Below are positions 54,220-64,000 of a stretch of 64,000 nucleotides of DNA, piece after piece. Every line of letters starts with the position of its first letter. The first letter of the stretch is position 1. Under the pieces are notes generated by a model that had not been told where the DNA came from, did no database searches, and saw only the letters and a program-made list of their open reading frames with translations. Origin of the DNA: Kondoa subrosea (taxonomy: Eukaryota); contig BCIN01000006.1 of assembly GCA_039545335.1 (NCBI GenBank), forward strand, positions 62,001 to 126,000, read 5' to 3'. Position numbers and translations under genes: made by a program.

Positions 54220-55863
54220 ATGTCACGTTCTCGTTCACTTTGCTTGAATATAAACCCAGCAAAACCTCGCCCTGTACGCCCAATAACTCCTCCAAGATCA
54301 TCATCACACGAGGGAATGTTATTCCAAATCCATGATCTAGTTCTAAGCAAAGTAAAAGGATTCGATAACTGGCCTGCTATAATCGTATCACCAGAAGATG
54401 AATTCCTCAGTTCAGAAGTACATCGAGCTAAACCTACTGGATCGAATTCCGTTTTAATTCAATTCGTCAATGAAGATTTAAGTAAAGCGTATTGCTGGTC
54501 AAGAGAAAAGAATTTGGTTTTGCTTACTGAAGCGAAGTGCAATAAGTGGTTGAGAAAGTATGAACATAGAAAGGGAGAACTACTGGTCGAAGCATGGAGA
54601 AAGGCTAGAGATAAGCTGTGAGTGATTCAATCTGCCATATATATCAGCGTCTGATACCTACGTTCAGTCAACAGAGATCTGATAATAATGTCAATGAAGA
54701 TGACTTCATAGTCGAGAGTGAAGCGGACGAACACAAAGATGCATCTGACGAAAATTATTCCATCTCAGACGCTTCAGACACGCAAGTCCCTAGAAGAAGC
54801 ACAAGAACAGGTCTTCATATTACTCTTCGATCAAACAAACCTTCTGCACCAACTCTTCGATCTTCAACTCGTTCTCAACCAGAACCTTCTCCACCTCCGC
54901 CAATTCGAATCACCAGACGTAGACAGAGTAATCAGCGGCAACCCTCTGCATCTAACCCTGTAGCAAGTACTTCTAAGCAACCGGTTGTTGATACTGCTGC
55001 TATCCAGCCTGAACCTGAAATCAGGTTGAATGCAAGGAAGCGCCAGAAACTCCGTTTAGCAGCAGCATCATCATCATCAACTCAAGCTAATATTTCTATC
55101 TCGCCTGAAAACATTCCACAAACAGAAGAAGAGGAATTAGAAGAAGAAGAAATTCGGCAACCAGAACCAGAACCAGAAATACCTGAAATAGCTCATCCAC
55201 CTACTGCTACATACTATCGACCTTCTTTCTCTTCTCAAATAATATCGAATAAGAATAGGACTACGGATGGAAGGTTTACAAGTCGGAATGATGCTGGATT
55301 TGGTAGACGACCTGCACCTCAACCAATTGAAGTCAAGGTAGAACCTAAAGCAGAACCTATCGATGTAGAATTTTCGGTTGATATCGCCAAGATGAAGCGA
55401 AAACGGTATGTGAAACAATACTCCTTCTTTCAAGTTCGACTGAATATTTCTGTCATAGAGGTTCAGCCAGTACTTCTTCTGTTGCTTCTGCTTCGGTAGT
55501 ATCCGTTTCTCCTGCTCTTTCTTCACCTTTCGTCAACCCTGTAACTACTACTTCAGGAACTATTATACCGCCTGCTGCGCCTTCGCCTACTTCAGTACGA
55601 GACCTGCTCAATACTCAATCAAGTGGTCTAGGCGATCGGACTTATTTCATCCTGTTTGTCGAAATCTCTTCATCCCTGAATACTCGCTGATGTGTCATAC
55701 GAACAGAGAAGAAGCAGGACTCAGCACAGTTGAAGATTTAAGGATGTTCAGTACATCAATACTCTGGACTAAATTCGTCGAGAAGAAGTTAAGAGGGCAG
55801 ATTACATCTGCCTTGGAGTTCTTGCTCGCCGAGTGCTTGGAGGATTTCTTCGCAAGACCATGA
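54220..55863 (+). CDS. PWWP-domain chromatin protein
   Basis: FQIHDLVLSKVKGFDNWPAII..VLIQFVNED..YCWS is a PWWP fold, followed by a long acidic/Ser/Pro disordered region. Three GT-AG introns; TGA 55861-55863. Confidence 0.75.
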
Positions 55864-56371
55864 ACATTTAAAGCAGTCTGTCGCTCGCACTCGAAAGTTC
55901 ATCGTGCGCGCTCAAAGGAGTATAGTACAGTCGTTGAAGAGTATGTATAGACAACGAGAGAGGGAAGCGTTACTTGTATATAATAATTAGCATTGCATAG
56001 TAATAATTCATTTTTTCGCGAATTGCTCTGGAAGTCCGCCATGTCTCGCTTCGACCGTTTAAAGCTCGAACTGTATTGGTCTTACTGCATAGACGAAATA
56101 AATAACAACTCAAAACCAACAGAAGGATTTCGAAACGGAAGTTTACTCAAGATTCCTCAGGTGCAATACTAATGCTACAGAGCCTCAAAGAAACAGTACC
56201 GACATAGTAGGCTTGACGAACCCCAATCTAGGTGCAAGTACGAAATGATGCTATTTGACAATTGATTAATTTAAAAAGTGAATATGAACGACAATCTGCA
56301 GAACAATTTGAATCAGACCATGTCGAAAGCTGACACCTTGAACTCACGCTACTACTGCAAACTAATCGAGC

Positions 56372-57087
56372 TCAAACCGCTACAGGTATAGGTACAGCTC
56401 TTCGATGGGCAAACGGCAGTCTCGATATGTGTGGTCGTCGTTGTGGGATCTGTAGAATCGCAGCGGATGATGTGGAAAGAGGGTCAGGAGGAGACGAATG
56501 TGCCGGAACGGAAAGCAGAGCAGGAGCTGGATACATTGGAGGAGCCAGTGCTTCTGTCGCTTGATAAGTTGGTAGAGAGTCTGAACACGAGTGTCATCAG
56601 TATTGATGTTTGCATACATCAGAACGCGGACAAAACCGACCTCGCTGAATCATTTGTGGCCTGTAAGGTAATTCTGGCAGAGTTTGTCGAACAACATATC
56701 CAGCACCAGTAGTCGAAGAAACTTGATACCGCTCTTGCTTCTTTTGACTTCTCTGAACAGCCCAAATCGCAATTACTGCGACAAGCAGCAATATTACGCC
56801 AATCACAATTCCAATCTTCACAGCTCTGAAGATGAAGACCGGAAATCAGTCGGATACCTTTCGGACAGAGTGAAAGCGAATGTACCCCGAACCGCTAGGT
56901 GTACCATTCGAATTATTGGAAGAGGAGGTTGAGCTGTCAAATTTTCGTTATAAATCGGCCAACGCTGATCTTAACCCGAAATAGCTAACCAGGTAAGATC
57001 CCATGTAGCACACTGAGCCTCGACCATCGTGAGACTCATCACAATGAACGCCCAAGAGATGAGATTGAACATTGTCGGTGATTGCAT
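56372..57087 (-). CDS. Small type I membrane protein with PY motifs (Rcr1-like, putative Rsp5 adaptor)
   Basis: Signal peptide (MFNLISWAFIVMSLTMVEA), short ectodomain, TM IGIVIGVILLLVAVIAIWAV, basic stop-transfer segment, and LPTY and PPMY in the spliced tail; TGA 56372-56374. Confidence 0.7.
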
Positions 57088-57367
57088 TGTATTTCAAAAT
57101 TAAATGATCCGGAGCTTTCTTGCGACAGTAGCTGCACAGCTATCTGACAGTTATGGAAGTAGAGGAACCATTGTAGCAAGTGGATTAGGGTAGCGGTTGT
57201 ACTCCAAGTCGCGAAAAGATGAGATCAGCGGGGGTTTGTAAATTTGTGTCGGCAGATAGCGGCTTGCTTATGTGAGATCTTTGCAAATCTCAATATAGTC
57301 CACATTTCTGTCCATCATTAGATCAGGTACCGACACATAACAATCATCTTGACAACTCACCTTCCTG

Positions 57368-58543
57368 TTACTCCATTGGATTAGTTCGACCGCCTTGTTC
57401 CGCTTCCCTCTCTTCGGATAAACAGCCGCAGCAAAACCATTCGAACCAACTAACTTCCCTCTTTTGCATTCCACGTTGCCCATAACCCAGAGCCGATATT
57501 CCTTCATCATCACTTTCACTCTCATACTCCGTCACATCATATTTGTACCTTCTCTTGCTTGATTTCGGTTTCAATAATCTTGAAGAATCGGTTTCGAAGT
57601 ACGCAGAAGAAGACGGAGCCATACTTGGTCTTAGACTATCCCTTCCGGTGGATAACCTTGAATCTGGTCGATGAAGATCTTGCGAGAAGAAAGAATTGGG
57701 TTGAAAGAGGTTAAAACTAGAAGTGGATGAGCTCTTTTTAGCATGACTAGGTCGAGTAGGAGTGCCACTGCTAGCTTTGACTGTGGATACTGTAGAAGAA
57801 CGAGATCGGTTACCGCCGAGATTGGATGTTCGACCATTCATGTTCTGAGATTCTAGATCTTCCACAAATCGAGATCCAGATTTGATGGCTCTTTCTGTTG
57901 CAGAGGGCGAGACGGGCGATGTGATTGTTGATTCTGTATGAGTTGGAGAAGAAGGATCTTGGTAGTACGAGATTGGGGACTCGCTTGTCCCGCTCGCTGA
58001 TCCACCGAAAGCAGTATTGATCTGTAATGGCAGAGGCGGGACAGGTTGTATTTGAGCCAATTCATACTCTGATTCTTCTCTTGTTGTGCTTCGAGCAATA
58101 CTGTTCGGATTGTCTGTTGATGAATTGGAATCGATCTGCTTATGGCCTTTACTTGAACGCGACTTGGTAGACGTAGCTCTTTGTAGTGCAAGAGATCCAC
58201 GACGCGAGAGATCAGAGACAGCCGAACCAATATTGACTTGCGGATGAGCGACTGCAGAAGCCCTTCGTATGTTCTTTCGCCTTTCCTGCTCCGCTTGAGC
58301 CATAGCTTTCAAGTTTGCTTCAACAGCTCTCGCTTCAGCTTCTTCATCTACAGGCTGCTCATCCTGTTCAACAGCTCTACCTTTGCCTTTGTCCAGGAAT
58401 TGACGTTGCTGAGTTCCAAAGCTGCTCTCTGGCTCCAGACGAGGCGACAGGAAGTCATTTGAAAGGTCTCCAGCTTCCTCTTGCATCACAGGCGAGCGTT
58501 GTGCATCTACAGCATCGTAGCTTTGCTGTCTCCCATGGCTCAT
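57368..58543 (-). CDS. Hypothetical disordered protein with C-terminal WFEWFCCGC motif
   Basis: Single 391-aa ATG ORF, Ser-rich, with a short coiled coil. The Cys cluster near the C-terminus is a possible palmitoylation site. Confidence 0.75.
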   Translation of the reverse strand: MSHGRQQSYDAVDAQRSPVMQEEAGDLSNDFLSPRLEPESSFGTQQRQFLDKGKGRAVEQDEQPVDEEAEARAVEANLKAMAQAEQERRKNIRRASAVAHPQVNIGSAVSDLSRRGSLALQRATSTKSRSSKGHKQIDSNSSTDNPNSIARSTTREESEYELAQIQPVPPLPLQINTAFGGSASGTSESPISYYQDPSSPTHTESTITSPVSPSATERAIKSGSRFVEDLESQNMNGRTSNLGGNRSRSSTVSTVKASSGTPTRPSHAKKSSSTSSFNLFQPNSFFSQDLHRPDSRLSTGRDSLRPSMAPSSSAYFETDSSRLLKPKSSKRRYKYDVTEYESESDDEGISALGYGQRGMQKREVSWFEWFCCGCLSEEREAEQGGRTNPME

Positions 58544-58843
58544 AGCGGTATGCTTCAGCCCTCGCGAGAGCGGATTAGGGTATACTAGCTCCTGTTGTGA
58601 TGTATGCTACCTGACTGTAGCAGCCGCCCGTTTGGTGGTCAAAGCTTGAGAAGAAGCAGCCATTGTTTTCTTTGAACGTGAAAGTGTCTCTGAGTGGCCC
58701 GGCGTGCTCTACGGTCATTACGGAGTGTAGGCGACAGACATGCGCTATACATGCATATAGAATCACATTGCACTGGTCATCAAAAACGGTTCATCACGAT
58801 AATGAGGATATCGACAGCTCTATTCCTAATCCCGCTCGCATCC

Positions 58844-60530
58844 TTACAGAAGGCCACTGGTATTCAGCGTTTTCTGTACAGGATGTGTTAGGATTAACTT
58901 TAATCCTTGTGAAAGAGCTTACTCGAAGCGCAACGTCTTGTACCGAAGTCAGGACTTTACGCATAGCATTTGTATCCGTTGCATTGGTGTAGTGCGACTG
59001 TTACCGAAGTCAGTACGGGCACGCATACCATAAAAGTCAACTTGCATAGATAGGTTTCTTTGTGTCTCTGTTCAAGTCGAGGAACAACTTTGCGATATAC
59101 TTGGCACAAGCTCTCGAATCTTGTTCACCGTCTGCCATGTACCAAAATCAGCAAGTTGAACTCAAGTCAAGGACAGACCTACCATATTGAGGAAAAGTGT
59201 CGGTGAAAGGTGCGACTTTGAGTTTCGATGCAAACACATCCGTTCTGTTAGGCTGTTATTGAGTGTTCTTCGCTTGAAAAATACTTAAAGCTTACTTGTT
59301 GCTGTCAGTAAAATCTGCGCATCAGCGGCCTGCGGAAACCCAACGGGGTCTGCTTACAAGAAGATGACCATTGTAGTCAGTACAAACCACCTGATCAGCA
59401 GTGGTTCATTAATCCTTGAGCAAACAAAGAGATTAAGGGCTTACTTGGAATTGCAGATCGAATCCCATAGCTCGAGACATTCCTGAATGCGCGGTCGGGT
59501 ATGATCTTCTTCCAGCACTTGATTGTATTCCGATAATGAAGCAATGAATAGTACTAGAATTGAGTTAGATACTACTATGAGTGGACCTCTTGTAATGACC
59601 GCACCAACATCGACGTTTTCAAAGACATGTATCCATTTCTTCCGCTGTAAATAATATGAGATGGACAAGTTTGAATCGAGACCTTATGTACCTCTGATCT
59701 CTGACCTCCTACATCAACCATTCGAAGCGTTCGACCATCGATAGAGAATTTGCTTTCGTGCACTCCGGTAGTTTTGACTCCTGCTCAAGATGGTTTATCA
59801 AGTCAACATAAGAACATAGCGGACGTACTAGCTTGAAGAATATCTTGATTCGTAGGTATCCAGGAAGGATGGGCAAATCGAGCAGCGTTCTCAAAGAAAT
59901 AAACTGAACTGTCATTGAGCTGGAATTCGGCGCTCTTATTCACAACAACGTTCTTCACTGAAGGTAGTTGCCAGAGCTTGATGACCCTTTGCATGATCTC
60001 GGGTGCATTTGTTTTATTCATGCTGCGATCATTTAGCGCAGTAACATGGAACTACAACCCAGAGCTCACTCTACTGGCATACCGATTTGCGCCAGATCTG
60101 CATCAAGCTCGCCCTCCTCTACAAACGCAATTTTCTCTCGGTGGATATAATCACAGACGGCCAGCATGGATTGAAGACAATTTGCCCAAATGATGCTCTT
60201 GTATTCGACTGCAATGTCTTTGAAGCCGCCTCGATGTATGACTTCCATTTGTTTGATGACGGTACTCTTTCCAGATTCTCCAGCCTTGAACCAAATATCA
60301 GCTTGCTCACTTGACAGTATGTTCGGAAAGAGCACACCCCGAGCAAGAGTACCTTGATCTCATTTTTCAATTCCGCTTTTGCTTTGCGCAAGTCACTATC
60401 AACTTTTAAGAGACATGAATTAGACTTTTCCCTTTGTTCTGTGAGGAGACGCTCTGAGCTTACTCGAATCGGATTTTGACTTTTCTGCAATGCTGACAGC
60501 GTCAGCCTGATGCGATTGCGTGCAGCCCAT
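58844..60530 (-). CDS. Heterotrimeric G-protein alpha subunit
   Basis: MGCTQS (myristoyl/palmitoyl), [34 protein letters not shown] (NK on a 6-nt microexon), TNATD; ends NTSGLL* at 58844. Confidence 0.93.
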
Positions 60531-61070
60531 AGCGTAATACAAATAAAAGAGCAAGAACAGGTCGATGTGAAAGACGCTTAATGGAAGAGAGAGAGACTAG
60601 AAGGTAGGGAATGTAAGCAGGAACAGCACAGGCTTTACGTGTATGAGAAGGTAGTTGGATGCAGAGAAACGAAAGCTCTCTACAGTAGAGAAAGAATCAA
60701 AGAAACGGTGTTGCCCAGCTTCTAGCTCCGCTCAATACATAAAATTTGGCAATAAATTGCGACGTCGGATCTAGCTACGAATTTCGGGTCGCACAGACGT
60801 CAGGTTCTGAACGGGGGCTAGGGTCGCGCCCAGTAGTGAGAGTCAGACACGACATGGTCAACAGGAATGGCAATCATAAAATCCTCCATCTGCGAAGTCG
60901 GTGCTGATTACTAAGCAGAATCACTTAAGAAGCAGGACAAGCACAACCACTTCAAAGACCCTTTGCAAACGATTGCATTCTTATGTGCGGCACTAAATCA
61001 CGGTACAGCATAATTACCAAGCACAAATGAACTAAACGGCAGAGTAACAATCCCTCAGTTTGATGGTACT

Positions 61071-63046
61071 TCAGATCAAGCCAGCCGCAGCCAGACGGCT
61101 CTGAATGATCTACAGACAAAGAAATGTCAGCAAAATGCGTAAAGGGAATCAGATCAAAAAGCTTACGGTATCTTGTACAGCAGTAAGAACTTTGGTGAGA
61201 TGACTGGTATCTGTTGCCATAGTCAAATGGGTATATAGAGTCTTGTTCTGTCATACGCGTGAGCTTTCTTCTGGATCCAATCTTTCGGAGAGCTGACCTG
61301 ATCCCGATGCAACGATTTGAACAGGTTGACCATGAACCTGCTGGCTGGTTCGAACTCGTTTGGTCCAGTGTATTCAGGCATATATTGTCCCAAAGGAGCT
61401 TTTACAAGCTTGTCTTGGAACTATGGAGCATCCTTAGCGCGAATAGATAACGATGCTCAAGAGACTAACGAGATCGATCTTATTCTGTGAACCCTGGACG
61501 TCAGTATTTGTAGGCATTGGCCAAATCAGACGTACGAGGAAGATCATGATCGTACTCTGTGTTATACACCGACATCAGACTTTGCCGCACCTCGAATAAT
61601 GCTGCGATCTTACCTTGATGAACCACCTTGAATTTACGATAGAATCAAACAGATCCATAGATTCAGTCATTCGTGAAACTGTTTCGTCCTCATAAAGCAT
61701 TTGATCATATTCTCTGTACATCGATACTGAGCTTTCTGTGTTCGCAGTGCGCGGAGATGACTCACGAAATAGCAACCAAGAATAGCAAGACGTTGACCTA
61801 CATCGCAACTGTAAGATATAGCAATGCTGGGCAATCAACAAGCTCACATCCTCGAAGCCTGAGAACTTCAGTATCAGATCTATTCGGTTTGAACGGAAGC
61901 GAGTGTGAAAAGACACACAATGAATCCATTTCTTTCGTTCCGAGCGTTGTCCTCCTACATCGTACTGAAGAGTAGAATAAGGCTGGAGCAAGATAGAAAG
62001 CTGATACAAACATACCATTCTGAAAACATGGTTCTTGACCACAAATTCGGATTGCTGAATACCAGTAGTCTTGACTCGTGATCTTAGAACTGAACCACAA
62101 CTTCAGCTAAATCCAAGGTAGAGGAGAACTAGGCTGACTATCAGCATCGTTAGGCATATAGCCTGGCGCGGCAAGTCTTGTAATAGCGTCAAAGTAGTAA
62201 TTTGCCGAATCGTTCAACTGGAACTCAGAACGCCTGTGCAATTAAATCAGAACTCGTCGCTATATATTAGAAGTGGGTCTGTATACCGGTCAACAGCTCG
62301 CTTGATAACTTCATTATTCCATAGATACATAACCGCATCAGCGACTTCAGGGTTCTGTGGCCTGGTTAGCTTGTTTGTTTGGTCTGAATGAAAGCAAATC
62401 TACCATATCTTCTCCGTTGGCAGTTGCATCTTCTGTGTTGAGCAGAAGATGAGCCCGCCTTTCTGATGCTGGATCTTTGAGCGATAGATCGAGCTTTTCC
62501 AGAGCACCAAGAACAGCTTGCATGCTTTGGAGTAAGTTTGAAAGCACGCTATCGTGATGAATCAGCTTCTCATCACAGTGACTATTCAATCTCTTACACC
62601 TCTTTGTAGTCGGCTCTATCGGATTCAGAGTAGGTGCCCTCGTGCAACAGTCTAAAGCCGAATGAGCTTCTGCACATTTGAATGAAAAGTAAGACAGCGT
62701 ACCTCATCTGCTTGATAACCTGTACCCAGTTTCAGCATATATCGTCCCAGGATCAAATCAGACCCACTGTACTCTTGCCAGATTCTCCTGCTCCTACTGT
62801 ATACATTTATCAGCTCAAAGCCCATCATTATGCCGTAGACGTACAAAGCAACATCTTGATGATCCTTTGCTCAGCTTGTCTATCTTTCTTCAATTGAGCA
62901 TCAATCGAAGCCTGTGCACATCCAGAGAACCCTTGTTTAGGCTCAGTTCGTCGCAGAGCGGGGACACTGACATTTCTTGCTTTAGCGCTAACATCTCCAT
63001 GATCCATTGCCGCAGCTCCTGAATCCTTACTAGCGCCGCAGCCCAT
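61071..63046 (-). CDS. Heterotrimeric G-protein alpha subunit (tandem paralog)
   Basis: [52 protein letters not shown]; ends LAAAGLI* at 61071. Confidence 0.94.
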
Positions 63047-63601
63047 CTATTATATAGCGTTGAAGTGGAAAACTGAGATAGAAGCTAGCGGAGAGATTGA
63101 ATGTATCTCGGGAAGCAGATCTTGATGTGAATCGCTCGTGTGTAATCGAACGTGTACAGTATGTCGTGGTATTGAAGAAAAGCGCGGACAGAGCTGGAAA
63201 CAGGCGCCCGAAGAAACCAGAGCACAGGCGCTCGAAGCACAAAGCGCAAAAAAGAAGTCTTTTTGACCGGAAAGCTTGGGGTTCGGAGCTGAAGAGCGAG
63301 ACAGCGAGCAAGACAAGAAGAGCAGAGGAAGGAGTGTAGAGAAAAGCATCAAGCGCACGGATTTGCGAGACTCATCGAATTTCGAATCAATGCACGGCAA
63401 CTTGGGGTTGAATGAAAAGAAGATCTAAATTTGACATTGTAGTAGTGCAATAGTGGTGCAAGATGCAGGCACTGTACTGTACACACTAATGAAGTACACT
63501 GGTAGCACTGGACAATGAGTTTGGCCCAAGATTTCTCGCAATGATCCATTGTATCGCACATACAAACAGCAACTTCTTCGCGCATCGGCGACCGCCTCAC
63601 A

Positions 63602-64000
63602 TCACCTTGACCAACTACACTCTGGATCCGCTTCATCATACGTATCTTCAGCCAGTAATCCTGAATCGAATTTCGCTTCATCGACTTTCGGGAGCCCCTC
63701 ACTGAGCAGTTCTACAGCCTGACGAATTGATGTAACACGACCGTAGAGCATCAAGATTGGTTGATCTGCCTTAGTATAGATGATCTTGTAGTATCGCAGC
63801 AGAGCTCGACTGCGAATCGTTCCCAGTTGGATGTTGCTAAAGTATTGAGACCAATGATGTGGTAAGAAAAACTTGTAGCGCATCTGCTCAGAGTAAGATG
63901 ATTGTCGAATACGAGGTGGTTTAGCGCGAGGATCTGCAGATCAAGCCTTTGCAGACATATTCAAAGAGTCTGAACAAAAGACATACCTCCTTCACTGCTC
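63602..64000 (-). CDS. 3' part of another KH-like repeat family gene (runs off the window)
   Basis: EQMRYKFFLP..LGTIRSRALL..ILMLYGRVTSIRQAVELL resembles the repeats of the 37.7-40.7 kb gene and the EQMRFRY of the 49.4 kb fragment. A GTATGT..GCAG intron lies near 63934-63986. Confidence 0.55.

Overview
Gene-dense, intron-rich fungal DNA, most likely a basidiomycete. Introns are mostly about 45-60 nt with GTGAG/GTCAG/GTGCG/GTTCG donors, and there are several microexons; Pucciniomycotina is an inference. Housekeeping genes assembled by hand from the sequence: VPS1-type dynamin, RSP5 HECT ligase, RPC2 (Pol III second-largest subunit), two tandem G-alpha genes, a forkhead protein, a PWWP protein, a GH32 invertase and an MFSD1-like transporter. 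The main discovery candidate is a compact 7-gene cluster at 7.0-21.6 kb: Zn2Cys6 regulator, homogentisate-dioxygenase paralog with an altered substrate pocket, NCS1 permease, DHA1 exporter, HSL-family hydrolase, membrane P450 and a NicF-like (maleamate amidohydrolase) enzyme. All five of its promoter regions carry GATAAG sites and four share a CCGA(G/A)AT motif, which suggests a nitrogen-regulated pathway that ring-cleaves an N-heteroaromatic compound. A second 4-gene cassette at 41-49 kb (ACS-type MFS, soluble bacterial-type P450 lacking the acid-alcohol pair, two beta-lactamase-fold hydrolases) sits between two copies of a ~220-bp repeat linked to a lineage-specific multi-KH gene family. RSP5 appears to need a non-canonical GT-CG intron to make its conserved C-terminus. 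No rRNA, tRNA, CRISPR or transposase was seen. Exon structures are manual predictions, and comparisons with named reference proteins are from recollection rather than database searches.
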